64,000 bases of DNA from an uncultured Planctomycetales bacterium (GCA_964620805.1 CAZUJQ010000002.1:6253-70252); one strand, 5' to 3'; positions 1-9,474 are shown, counted from the first letter of the stretch. Numbers and translations: made by a program. Notes: a model not told the origin generated them from the sequence alone.

Positions 1-1
1 T

Positions 2-214
2 CCGTTTTGTCATCCAGTATGTTTTTCTAAACGTGCTAATCGTCATCCAGGCCAATCCGCTCACCACCATAACTAAAGTTGAAGGCTCCGGAGCAAGAGA
101 TTTTGGCCCGTTAAAAATGTGAGAGTCCATTCCTGCTAGTCCTGATGATGTAGAAAAACTTTCCCCAAAAAGTAGGATTAATGAGATCCTCACGGCATAC
201 AATAAATATTTCAT
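2..214 (-). CDS. ORF running off the window edge (3' part missing): signal-peptide-like N-terminus followed by a PEP-CTERM-like motif; possibly a priming sugar transferase
   Basis: Hand translation MKYLLYAVRISLILLFGESF...KSLAPEPSTLVMVVSGLAWMTISTFRKTYWMTKR; GAGG RBS upstream of the ATG at 214; not in the ORF track. Confidence 0.7.
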   Translation of the reverse strand, partial: MKYLLYAVRISLILLFGESFSTSSGLAGMDSHIFNGPKSLAPEPSTLVMVVSGLAWMTISTFRKTYWMTKR

Positions 215-478
215 TGCTTACCTCTTCTCCTTTCATTGCAGCCCGGAGTATAATAAGTATTAAAAATATAGCAATAGCTGTGCCAAAATACACGGTCTTC
301 CGTTTATTTCCCTTAAAATTTATAAATGCTTCTAAACCATTAAATTGTAGTTTTTATGTTTATATGGAAAAATATGGAAATACCTAGATATTCTTGGATG
401 ATAATAGAATCAGTAGGATTAATAACTGTTGTATTTAGACAACATGCTATTAATCTGCTCAATTATATTAAATTATAT

Positions 479-1111
479 TTAAGGGAGGTGTTTAAGAAGA
501 TAGGGGGTGAGTGCGTAAATAAATTCGTGAATCCAATGAATGGCTTCTTTTTTTCTTCTCTCAGTGATATTGGCTGAAAGCCGAATCAAGGCACTGCTAT
601 GAGGCCTGCCGGTAAGAATGTTAAAGACCATCTTGATTTGTTGTTTCCAATAATTGGAAAGAAAGGAATTTCCGATTTTAAACCAATAGTAAGCATACTG
701 AGTATTCCCTTTCCATTCTAACAGTAAACGGTTTGCAGAGATTGTCGTTCCTCGATCAATCTGGAGAGAAAGCGGTTTTTTTTCTACAATCGATACCCCG
801 CCTCCCAAGTAACAAATTTCCGGTGGATGGAAGGCCTTACGATTATGCTGAGAATACACCATTAATAAGTAAACTTTTTTCTCTCCAGAGGTATAAATAC
901 GAGCGAGGACATTTCTCGTCTCGAGAATTGCATAATCGTCTTCCGACACAGGGACATCCTCACCTTTCCAGTCGCCTATTTGTTTAGGAAAATGATATAT
1001 GTTTACGGTATCGTTTTTTAAATAAGCATTAAAATACAAATTCCATGATACCAGCCCTCCTATAAAGAGCATCATGAACGTTAAAAAAAAATTTTGACGG
1101 GATTCGTTCAT
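479..1111 (-). CDS. epsI: EpsI family exosortase-associated protein
   Basis: FPKQIGDWKG, HPPEICYLGGG and YYWF motifs; directly downstream of the exosortase. Confidence 0.85.
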   Translation of the reverse strand: MNESRQNFFLTFMMLFIGGLVSWNLYFNAYLKNDTVNIYHFPKQIGDWKGEDVPVSEDDYAILETRNVLARIYTSGEKKVYLLMVYSQHNRKAFHPPEICYLGGGVSIVEKKPLSLQIDRGTTISANRLLLEWKGNTQYAYYWFKIGNSFLSNYWKQQIKMVFNILTGRPHSSALIRLSANITERRKKEAIHWIHEFIYALTPYLLKHLP

Positions 1112-1941
1112 TCCAATATTTTAGTTATAGTCCAAAGAAGAAGGAAGGCCAGGGCAAATACCATAAACCCAGATGCTGTGTGCAGAAATCCGGTTATATA
1201 CCGTGTTCCCCAAATTTCGTTTATCGATGATAAAGCAACTATTCTAAAGACATTGGTCATGATCGCGATAGGAATTGTTGAAAGAAAAAGCAAGATCTTT
1301 TTATACCACGGCCCTTTTAACCAATAGGCAAACAAACTCCCCAAGGCCGTTAACGACATTAAAGATCGCAAGCCGCTACACACATCGTCCACCATCACGT
1401 AAGCATGCATCATTTTAATAAGACTCCCCTCTCTAAGAGCAGACAAATGCAGAAAATGATTTAAGATATAGGTTGCCACTTGGGCGGCAAAGATTTTCAT
1501 CGAAAAGCTGATTTCGGTAATTAATATTTCGGGCAAGGGGGTCATAAAGGCCAGGAAAAAGATCGGGAAAAGAATCTGATATAAAATCTTTTTTCCAAAA
1601 AACCCTAGTATTAATCCGGAAAGAACAATGATCATGGTGAAACCTGCTATAAAGTATATTCGGAGAAATGAACTGAAAAAGAAAACAAAAACGCCCAGAG
1701 CTACCCATAGAATTCCTACCTTCGATGATTCTCTAGGGATGTGTCGGAGTTCGTCCCTTTTTTGCCAAATAAGATAGGCTGTCACCATCGGAATAAGAAT
1801 GCCATGAGAATAATAAGAATCCCGTGCCCACCAGCGATCCCACATCCAAACCAAAATCGGCGTATACATGAAAAGGTAAGCAATCCCTGAAAGGAATTCT
1901 TGATGGTATTTTCGAAATCCAAATCGGATCGTATTGATCAT
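1108..1941 (-). CDS. epsH: Exosortase (EpsH family)
   Basis: YYSHGILIP, VCSGLRS (Cys), NVFRI (Arg), FLH (His); multi-TM; start moved to ATG 1941 to avoid overlap with the upstream gene. Confidence 0.9.
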   Translation of the reverse strand: MINTIRFGFRKYHQEFLSGIAYLFMYTPILVWMWDRWWARDSYYSHGILIPMVTAYLIWQKRDELRHIPRESSKVGILWVALGVFVFFFSSFLRIYFIAGFTMIIVLSGLILGFFGKKILYQILFPIFFLAFMTPLPEILITEISFSMKIFAAQVATYILNHFLHLSALREGSLIKMMHAYVMVDDVCSGLRSLMSLTALGSLFAYWLKGPWYKKILLFLSTIPIAIMTNVFRIVALSSINEIWGTRYITGFLHTASGFMVFALAFLLLWTITKILE

Positions 1942-1972
1942 GAGAATTCGAGAAGAAAATTTTAAGGATTGA

Positions 1973-3148
1973 TCACTCCTGCTCGGCAAGGCGGGCCTTC
2001 TGCCACGCCACAGCCTGTCTTGCCCCGATAAATCGGACAAACCCGATAAGCGCAGAATAATTTAAAAGACAAAAAACATAGGGAATATAACATAATCGGG
2101 AAATAACCTTAAGCCAGGCATTTTTCGGATGCCTCGCCCAATACCCCACCATAGCCATCGTATAAAAAATCATCTGCAAGATCAAAACTCGTTTATAAAA
2201 AAATAAGGATAGCAAAAAGAAATTAATTCCCGACAGCGCAATCAGGAAAAAAGGAATCAAGACCCGCAAAAGCTTATGGGAAAGAAGTTGAATAGCAATA
2301 GGGCTTTTCCAGAGAAGGAGCATCTCTGGCAACAACATGAAAAGCTGAAAATTTCCATACAAAGTTCTGACTTTTCGAGAATACTCTTCTTGGGGGTCTT
2401 CCGCGACCTGATCAAAAACCTGGGCCCTTGCCTCGAAAACGGCCCGATACCCCCTTTGAATAATCTTTAAAGGAATATACATATCATCGAGGATGACGTT
2501 CTCGGGTGCAATGGGATATAATTCTCGACGGATGGCATAAAGGGCCCCCGTGGCCCCCAAGATAGAATGAATTTGGCTCTCCAGGCGGCGTATAAATTTT
2601 TCATATCGCCAGTAGAGGCGTATCCCTTGGCCTGTACCTTCTTGACTTCCCGCAAAGATCAATTCTCCGCTTACAGATCCCACAAGGGGATCAAAAAAAT
2701 TAGAGACCAGCTCGTGAATTGCCAGGGGATCTAAAATCTGCCGGGCATCGGTAAAAACAACAATCTCTCCCAGGGCAGCGGGGACCAATTGGTTCAAGAT
2801 GGAAATCTTGCCTTTTCTAGTAGGATATTCAAACAGCCGTATTTGCGGATTTTGAATGCGCTTAATGATCTCGTTGGTCTGATCTTGGGATCCATCTGAT
2901 CCAATCAGAATTTCGATTTTCTCTGGGGGATAGTTGAGATTTAAAAGATTATTGATTTTCTTTTCCATCACATCTTCTTCATCACAGACCGACATAACCA
3001 CGGAGACCATGGGGGTGCAGGGAGATTTTCTTACCGGCTTTGATCTGAGCTTGGCCCAGATTCTCAAGAGCAAAGGGTAGCCAAAGTATCCGTAGAAAAT
3101 GAGAAACACCAAAAGCCAAAATACAATTTCCACTAAATTTCCCTCCAA
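1973..3148 (-). CDS. GT2 glycosyltransferase (CESA/PgaC-like)
   Basis: SDGSQD, FTDA, GATGALYAIRR and LDDM motifs; TM segments at both ends; start may be GTG 3133. Confidence 0.85.
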   Translation of the reverse strand: MEGNLVEIVFWLLVFLIFYGYFGYPLLLRIWAKLRSKPVRKSPCTPMVSVVMSVCDEEDVMEKKINNLLNLNYPPEKIEILIGSDGSQDQTNEIIKRIQNPQIRLFEYPTRKGKISILNQLVPAALGEIVVFTDARQILDPLAIHELVSNFFDPLVGSVSGELIFAGSQEGTGQGIRLYWRYEKFIRRLESQIHSILGATGALYAIRRELYPIAPENVILDDMYIPLKIIQRGYRAVFEARAQVFDQVAEDPQEEYSRKVRTLYGNFQLFMLLPEMLLLWKSPIAIQLLSHKLLRVLIPFFLIALSGINFFLLSLFFYKRVLILQMIFYTMAMVGYWARHPKNAWLKVISRLCYIPYVFCLLNYSALIGFVRFIGARQAVAWQKARLAEQE

Positions 3149-4284
3149 GCATGAGACTGTGATTCATAACCCGCAGACTTGCTCCCGATTAACCCCTCAA
3201 AGCCTGGAGGCAAAAGCCCCTCTTGTCTCGGATCTGCGTAATGAAAGGCCTTGGTCGACCACACCTCTTTTATAATCACTCCATCGTTGGCTATAACGCT
3301 CCCTTGCGTGATGGAGGTGGCGCCAATCTCATCGAACTCGGCTTTCCCATGGGTGTATGTGACCCCTTTGCGAATACCCGATAAAACGGCTATTTCTCGG
3401 TATCCTGACCACGCGATGATATTAATAGGGGTGGGGTTCTTTGCTGAGCCCATCTGATTAAAGCTCACCTGGCCTGTCGCGATAACTGTCAAATTTTGCT
3501 GATCTGCCCTTTCTTCTTCAATGCCGCTGTCCAGAACAACGACGCTGCCTTTCTCTGGGGCACTCCCTTCCACATAGACAATTCTTTTCTTCTGTTCTAG
3601 AAGAGGTTGAGGATTGAGAGTATACGTGTCGTCTCCCTTAATGTAAAGGACTTCTTCTGCAGGATAGGTGTTGACCAGATCCCGATTGAATGCTAGAAAA
3701 TCATCGAATTCATCCATGACACCGTTGGCATTGGCGTCAGGATACTTTAAGGAGACGAAATCTTCGGATAAATTTTCTTTAAGGTCTTCGACATAGGCAC
3801 TGGAATGCTTGGCGGTATTTGTAAGCCGGCCGCTTAATCGGATCTTATCATTAAGCGCCAAAGTGACTTTGTGGCCTTTGATTTCTATATCCCCTTTGAC
3901 CGATAAGGCATGATTGAAGACCTCCGGGGCCTTGGCGGGGAATTCAATCTGGATGCTTCTTTGGCTGCCGTCCACAACACCCGTCGCCGTGACCACCCTT
4001 TTCGCTGGCTGAGAGTCATCTTTAGAAAAATAGACCACACCATTGGGATAAACCCATCTTTGAGGATCGCCCTTTTTTTCCTCTAAGATCAAGGGATTGG
4101 CTTTAATCCTATGGATGGCGGCTTCCGCCAGCCAGAAGGCGGCGGTTAAGTTTTTATACCGACGGGCATCGCTGAGTTCGCGCAATGTCATCATGGCCAA
4201 GCTGGCGGACAAGATCACCAAGACCGACATGGCAAAATAGGCCAAAATTAAAGCCACTCCTTTATTGTTGCGTAATTTTTTCAT
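3133..4284 (-). CDS. PilX-like type IV pilus assembly / minor pilin protein
   Basis: KGVALILAY hydrophobic N-terminus, AAFWLAEAA motif; AGGAG RBS before ATG 4284. Confidence 0.7.
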   Translation of the reverse strand: MKKLRNNKGVALILAYFAMSVLVILSASLAMMTLRELSDARRYKNLTAAFWLAEAAIHRIKANPLILEEKKGDPQRWVYPNGVVYFSKDDSQPAKRVVTATGVVDGSQRSIQIEFPAKAPEVFNHALSVKGDIEIKGHKVTLALNDKIRLSGRLTNTAKHSSAYVEDLKENLSEDFVSLKYPDANANGVMDEFDDFLAFNRDLVNTYPAEEVLYIKGDDTYTLNPQPLLEQKKRIVYVEGSAPEKGSVVVLDSGIEEERADQQNLTVIATGQVSFNQMGSAKNPTPINIIAWSGYREIAVLSGIRKGVTYTHGKAEFDEIGATSITQGSVIANDGVIIKEVWSTKAFHYADPRQEGLLPPGFEGLIGSKSAGYESQSHAWREI

Positions 4285-4297
4285 ATGACTCCTCAAT

Positions 4298-4388
4298 AAG
4301 TTGCCAATGTTTCCAAAGTTTCCAAGGTTTAGGAAGGCAACCTCGGCAACTTTGGCAACTTTGGCAACATGGGAAACATGGGCAACTT
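4298..4388. repeat. 9-nt-periodic palindromic element (family A), short copy
   Basis: GTTGCCAATGTTTCCAAAGTTTCC left arm and GGCAAC...GGAAACATGGGCAAC right arm; lacks the core. Confidence 0.85.
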
Positions 4389-4870
4389 CATTTCCGCAGC
4401 GTGATTTTCTCCTGCAGCCGGAAGTTCAGGGTTTCGCTTTTGGATATCTTCTTTTCGGCCCGCAAGGCGATTGCCAGCCGGTCCGTGCTGCTGTAATCAA
4501 AGGAAAGATCCGAGATGTCTCTTGCGATAATCCATTTTTGAGCATTATTTTCTCGGATGATGGTGTTAGCTTCTTTTCCGTTTTTATTAAAAGTAAAGGC
4601 GATGATCCCGACATAAGGTTTCTTAAAACGAATCGCCACACTTTCGGAATCTTTCGTGATGAGGATCCCCTCGGCTTCCCGCAGGTCTTTGACCATGGCA
4701 AAAAGCGCCCAGCGTACCTCCCGCTCCAAGGACAGCTTAGTGTAATAAGTTATCCATGATTTATTTCCTACGGCGAGCACGGTGTAGACTGCCATGATGA
4801 TCCCGGAGAAGATTCCCACAGCAACAAGAACTTCGACCAGACTCAGGGCCCTTTGAGAACGGAGATTCAT
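4388..4870 (-). CDS. Prepilin-type N-terminal cleavage protein (PilW/PulJ-like)
   Basis: QRALSLVEVLVAVGIF class III signal-like sequence. Confidence 0.75.
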   Translation of the reverse strand: MNLRSQRALSLVEVLVAVGIFSGIIMAVYTVLAVGNKSWITYYTKLSLEREVRWALFAMVKDLREAEGILITKDSESVAIRFKKPYVGIIAFTFNKNGKEANTIIRENNAQKWIIARDISDLSFDYSSTDRLAIALRAEKKISKSETLNFRLQEKITLRK

Positions 4871-5265
4871 TTGGTTATGCTTGTGGTCAGCATGACAGAA
4901 TTAATACGGGAGTTCTTCTTCCATCTGACTGTCGTCTGGATATCCAAGGGATTGCTTTCGCTGTTGGTAAAACGGACATCGTGTGTCTCATCCGGTAAAG
5001 TATCAAGGCCTTGCCTTTGAGCCCATTCGAACCAGTTGGTGGCAAGGATATTCGTCAAGGTTGCACGGGATTGCATCTCTTCTAGGATCTGCTCAGCATG
5101 AAGAGTAGCGGTTGTCATATCCGAGGCAAATTCGGCAGACAAAATGGCCTGGGAAAAAAAGAGAAGCACACTCATAATGCCCACGGATAACACAAAAACC
5201 GCAATGAGCATTTCCGCTAAAGTGAATCCCTTGTTTGGATTAGATATTCTACTTCGCATAAGCAA
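4867..5265 (-). CDS. Prepilin-type protein (PilV-like)
   Basis: KGFTLAEMLIAVFVL class III signal peptide. Confidence 0.8.
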   Translation of the reverse strand: MLMRSRISNPNKGFTLAEMLIAVFVLSVGIMSVLLFFSQAILSAEFASDMTTATLHAEQILEEMQSRATLTNILATNWFEWAQRQGLDTLPDETHDVRFTNSESNPLDIQTTVRWKKNSRINSVMLTTSITK

Positions 5266-5279
5266 TTTAATAGAAGGAG

Positions 5280-5418
5280 GTTACTATTCAGGTACCTTGG
5301 CTCGTCGATAAGAAATTTTAGCCTAAAATTTACTCAAATAAGCTCTCGTCGAGAGTCAATTTCCATTAAGATCACCTGCAATCTGGTTCTCGACGGATAT
5401 GGGTACCTAAGTAGTTAC
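5280..5418. mobile_element. MITE-like element, 139 bp
   Basis: Imperfect TIRs GTTACTATTCAGGTACC / GGTACCTAAGTAGTTAC; 8-bp direct repeat AGAAGGAG at 5272-5279 and 5419-5426. Confidence 0.75.
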
Positions 5419-5454
5419 AGAAGGAGAATAAAATCATGGGCCGGCATTTAAATC

Positions 5455-8400
5455 CTACGTGGATTGCTCTTTTTGACAATGATGACTGCAGCCATCGTCA
5501 TCGAGGATATTGCCATCATCGCAGGCTTCGGTTGAGGCTTGGAAAATGCCGTTTCCGCAAATCTCGGTGATACAATGGCGGTCGCATCCGTCCCGATCTT
5601 TGCGATTGCCATCGTCACATAATTCTCCCGGCTGGAGGATACCATTCCCACAGAGTTCTATTTGACAAGAGGCATCGCATCCATCCCCGTTTCTGGAATT
5701 GCCATCGTCACACTGCTCTGTTTTTTGATTGACAGAGCCATCTCCACAGAAGGTCTCTTTTTCTTCCTCCTCCTGCTTTTCCTGTTCTTCTTGCTTTTCC
5801 TCTACTGGAATTAGAGCATCCAGGGATTGAAGGGTTTCTTCCAGGGAGATTGAGGAGGCTGGGGAGTCGTCCTGGAGAGTTTGTTTGCTTTTGCTTTCAA
5901 TGGCCTCTATGAGATTTTTTCGTGATTCGATGGCCTTCTTGACCAAAAGAAACTGTGAGGGAATTTGTTCATTGGCTGATCTCCCCTTGGAATTTTGAGT
6001 TAAACCCACGGGTTTAGGGGTTTGCGTTGTTTTTGTTTGATTGGATTTTTTTATGGAAGACTCTTTGCCATAGGAATCAACCGAGCTTGTCTGGGTTGTT
6101 GTCTTAGGTCTGAAAGTGTCTTGGATCTTAGGCCCGGGGATCTTAAAGCGCGAAGAATAAGAACCCGTATTACTCCTGCTCCCACCGCCACCGCTGCCAC
6201 CAGCGACGACCGAAGAACCACCCTTGCCTTTTTCCACTGTCACTTCTGGGAGAGGAGTGGGACTTAGGGGAATAGACGTTATGTTGGATTTCACATTTGG
6301 ACTAGACTCATTGGCCGGCGGTTTGACAATAGGCTCCTCTTTTTTATCCGTTTGCTCTTGAGGGGGCACGGTATCGGTTATTTTCGGTTGAGGATAAGAT
6401 GATATTTCCACTTTCGGCGAAGCATCCTCCTGAGGAGGCTGGATAACGGGTTGGAGCACGGGGGCCTCTTCTTTTTTCGGCTCCATCTTGGTTTCTTCCT
6501 TTGGGGACTCGATTTTGACTTCTTCTTTCTTGGGTTCTACCTTGATCTCCTCCTGCTTCGGTTCAATCTTGATCTCCTCTTTCTTGGGCTCGATCTTGGT
6601 CTCTTCCTTCGGCAGATTGACCAGGGGCTCAGGCGGCTTGGGGGGATCGATGTCCTCTTTCTTGGCCTCAACCTTGGGCTCCTCTTTCTTGGGCTCCACC
6701 TTGACTTCTTCCTTCGGCAGACTGACCAACGGTTCAGGTGGCTTAGGGGGATCGATCTTGACTTCCTCTTTCTTAGGTTCAGTCTGGGATGATTGCGAGG
6801 GCTGTGACGTTTGAGACGGTTGCGACGCTGGAGATGGCAGAGGAGTTTTGGGCAGCTCTATCTTGATTTCCTCCTTCTTTCCCGATTCCTGGAAATTCAC
6901 CAAAACAATTTTGGGATCACTGGTTGAACTTGAGGAGCTTGTTGGTGAATTTGTCTGCGGAGGATTTTGGGCTGATGGTAAGCTAATAGGATTCGCTTGC
7001 TTAGGTTCCCCCTTTGTTGTACCCGCCGTCGAAGAGTCTGGCTGGGGAAAACGGCTGGAACCGAATTCCAACGCCCCGATATCCCAGGATGCGCCACGAT
7101 CAAACTCATTGTAATCTAAATTCGATAAACCCGGAATCACCAAAGCCGCGTTGATGGCCGGGCTGCCGGCCAAGAGATCCAGGTTATATTCAGCACCGGA
7201 ATAAAAGGAAATGATCGGCCCAATCAATTTGGGGTCCGTGCATTTGGAATGGGATTTATCTTTACAATCGCTGGCAAAGTTTTTTGTATTCCATATAATC
7301 GAGTAATCATCATTCATCGGCAGACTTCCGCAGGGACCATCGGCATTCCCTGTCCTGCCAGAGGCGTAATACAAAGCCGATAAATCTTTGCCGTCATTAA
7401 ACTCGATTCCTCCTAAAAAGATATTGTTTCTGGAGGTAAAAGTCTCTTTCCCAGTGCATTCGGAACCTGAAGACAAAACGATCACATCGCCGTTCCCTGT
7501 GATGGTGCTATTGAGGAGATTGACTTTTGTTCCTGCTCTAAAAGCAGCAGCGATGCTGCTTCCCGCGGCCCGGCAGTGGTTAAAGGTCGCCGACTTCCAA
7601 GTGAAGGGTTGGTTTTTGAAGTACCCACAATTGCCAACGATGAGTGAGTTTTCGATAACCGTGTCTGCCGAGACTTTCACTTGATTGCCCGCATTACCCT
7701 CAAAGCGGGACCGTTTAATTGTGATCGTGCCGTTTCCATTGTGATAGAGCAAATCCAGGCCATCGGAGACATTGTGGCTGAAATCCACGTTGTGGAAGAC
7801 CCAATAGCCGCCGGTGGAATGGGTCCCCAGGCCATCCCCGTATCCACCCTGATCCTGACTGTAGCAATTGTAAGGCTGCTTTCCTTGGGCCAGGCCGGCC
7901 TGCCCGGGGAGGGGATACGTTTCCCCGCATCCGCTGTAAAGGATTTTGGTCCGGTTAAAAGTCATGGTCCCGGAATTGGAGGATTGATTGGCCCCGATAT
8001 CGCCATCCCAGCCCACAAAAGAATTATTGACGATTTGGGAATCTTCGATGGTCCAGTCCTTGATCCGTCCAGCATGAATTCCCCGGTACAAACCGTGGAT
8101 GGCGACGTTTTTAATGAGAACATTGCTGCTATCCGAGGCAGAAATCCCCGTTACTGCCCATTCGCCATAGGGAGGTGCCCCGTCTCTTTTACAAGGTTTA
8201 GGGCCGAAGACCTGGCAGTCGGAATGGTCGGTTATGTCGAGACATTGCAATTCCACATTGTTGCTTGCCTGCAGGCTCAAAACTTGCCATATCCTCTCCA
8301 CGCCAAACAATTGGGGAGGATTGCTACAGTCCGCATCCCAGCCTTTGCCTAAGATTCTTGTGGGACGGGCGGGATCTGGCCCGGAAGGAATCGAGCGCAT

Positions 8401-8763
8401 GACGCAATCCCATGGCCAATTGGGATAACATTTTGAGGTGTCGCCGGTATTGGGAGCACCATAGCCTATTTTATATTCCCCCAACCCAATAATGAGAGTA
8501 TCCCCCCCTTGTAGTTTCGTCGGATTATTTCCGATGGGAGCGATGGCCCAGAAGGGATGATTCCAGGCACAGGATTGATTCTTTCCGGAGCCGGGGTAAG
8601 GATTATCAGCAAGACCAGTGCATTGGGAGGTCGTCCCACCATCGGGCCGGACGTAGTAGGTGGCGGCATGGGCTAAATTTGTTAGGAAAAGAGTCCACAA
8701 AAAAAGGATCAGGAGGTTTCGTACAATCTTATGCTGGGGGTTTGATGACATGGTTGACCTCAT
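5455..8763 (-). CDS. Large secreted protein: parallel beta-helix domain, Pro/Glu/Lys-rich linker, C-terminal DUF4215-like Cys-rich repeats
   Basis: Signal ending AHA/ATYYVRPDGG; DIGALEF; PKKEE repeats; three CG(D/N)G..E.CDDGN....DGC repeats. Confidence 0.75.
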   Translation of the reverse strand: MRSTMSSNPQHKIVRNLLILFLWTLFLTNLAHAATYYVRPDGGTTSQCTGLADNPYPGSGKNQSCAWNHPFWAIAPIGNNPTKLQGGDTLIIGLGEYKIGYGAPNTGDTSKCYPNWPWDCVMRSIPSGPDPARPTRILGKGWDADCSNPPQLFGVERIWQVLSLQASNNVELQCLDITDHSDCQVFGPKPCKRDGAPPYGEWAVTGISASDSSNVLIKNVAIHGLYRGIHAGRIKDWTIEDSQIVNNSFVGWDGDIGANQSSNSGTMTFNRTKILYSGCGETYPLPGQAGLAQGKQPYNCYSQDQGGYGDGLGTHSTGGYWVFHNVDFSHNVSDGLDLLYHNGNGTITIKRSRFEGNAGNQVKVSADTVIENSLIVGNCGYFKNQPFTWKSATFNHCRAAGSSIAAAFRAGTKVNLLNSTITGNGDVIVLSSGSECTGKETFTSRNNIFLGGIEFNDGKDLSALYYASGRTGNADGPCGSLPMNDDYSIIWNTKNFASDCKDKSHSKCTDPKLIGPIISFYSGAEYNLDLLAGSPAINAALVIPGLSNLDYNEFDRGASWDIGALEFGSSRFPQPDSSTAGTTKGEPKQANPISLPSAQNPPQTNSPTSSSSSTSDPKIVLVNFQESGKKEEIKIELPKTPLPSPASQPSQTSQPSQSSQTEPKKEEVKIDPPKPPEPLVSLPKEEVKVEPKKEEPKVEAKKEDIDPPKPPEPLVNLPKEETKIEPKKEEIKIEPKQEEIKVEPKKEEVKIESPKEETKMEPKKEEAPVLQPVIQPPQEDASPKVEISSYPQPKITDTVPPQEQTDKKEEPIVKPPANESSPNVKSNITSIPLSPTPLPEVTVEKGKGGSSVVAGGSGGGGSRSNTGSYSSRFKIPGPKIQDTFRPKTTTQTSSVDSYGKESSIKKSNQTKTTQTPKPVGLTQNSKGRSANEQIPSQFLLVKKAIESRKNLIEAIESKSKQTLQDDSPASSISLEETLQSLDALIPVEEKQEEQEKQEEEEKETFCGDGSVNQKTEQCDDGNSRNGDGCDASCQIELCGNGILQPGELCDDGNRKDRDGCDRHCITEICGNGIFQASTEACDDGNILDDDGCSHHCQKEQST

Positions 8764-8882
8764 AATAAAAAAACCTATTCTTCTGTTGGGGCTTTACGCA
8801 GCAATCTCGAAGAATAGGTATGAATGACCCGTGCTTCAAAAAGGTTAAACCCTTCTGTGACACGTAATGCATTCCCTGTTTT

Positions 8883-9312
8883 GGCAGCTGGCTGCCTCTC
8901 CGAAATTGTTCGGTTTAAGGCCCTGCCCCAACGCTCGTTTCTCTCGGCACCGACGTTCTCTGGGAAATTTATATGAGGTGGTCGGAGTGCCGACTGTAAC
9001 GTCGGCATCGGGGTCCCGACTTTCCCGACGCCCCGCCCTTGCGGGGGTCGGGACTCCGACCGAGTTCAACGAACGTCGGAGCCTTTTGAATTTAATCAAG
9101 GAAACGTCGGGATAGTTTTGCCCCGGCTTCGCTCAAATGCTTTCGCTTTGAGTCCGCCTTCGTCAAATACTTTACGTGTTTGACTTCGGCGGCTCCTGCG
9201 TAGCTCGAACAAAAGAGTATTCGAGCGAAGCAGGACCTCGCCGGGCCCCTACTACTTCGCTTTGCGAAGCAAAGCGGTAGGGGGTCTCCGCCTTACGGCA
9301 GATTTGCCCTTA
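8883..9312 (-). promoter_or_regulatory. c-di-GMP-I (GEMM-I)-like riboswitch aptamer interrupted by two insertions
   Basis: Minus strand GGGCAAA-TCTGCC-GTAA-GGCGGA-GAC (9309-9284), GCAAAACTAT (9121-9112), AGGGCCT-TAAA-CCG..CGG-AGAGGCAGCCAGCTGCC (8924-8883); joined, these follow the GEMM-I consensus. Confidence 0.75.
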
Positions 9313-9356
9313 TCAGTACAGACTTGACAAAAGAGCAATTTTTACTTTACGGTTGG

Positions 9357-9386
9357 AGTATAACATGAGCCGCGCCCTCTTGTCAA
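9357..9386 (-). promoter_or_regulatory. Sigma-70 promoter upstream of the riboswitch
   Basis: TTGACA-N18-TATACT with extended -10 TG on the minus strand. Confidence 0.65.
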
Positions 9387-9474
9387 ATACCTATCCTCGA
9401 TGAGATTTAATAAAATCAAGGGGCTTTTCTTTTGCTCGTTTATAGTCCTTAGGAGGGATGTTGTTGAGAGATCG

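Noticed and set aside
111-293. 60-aa ORF from the track
   Set aside because: Overlaps the better-supported ORF starting at 214, which has an RBS and a PEP motif
7888-7912. CAGGCCGGCCTG palindrome as an in-frame insertion
   Set aside because: Too short to distinguish from chance without an alignment
8838-8858. Intrinsic terminator as the riboswitch expression platform
   Set aside because: Stem is only 5-6 bp and weak; cannot be supported by eye
8775-9115. Small ORFs in the 5' leader
   Set aside because: They overlap the riboswitch and palindromic inserts and show no protein motifs
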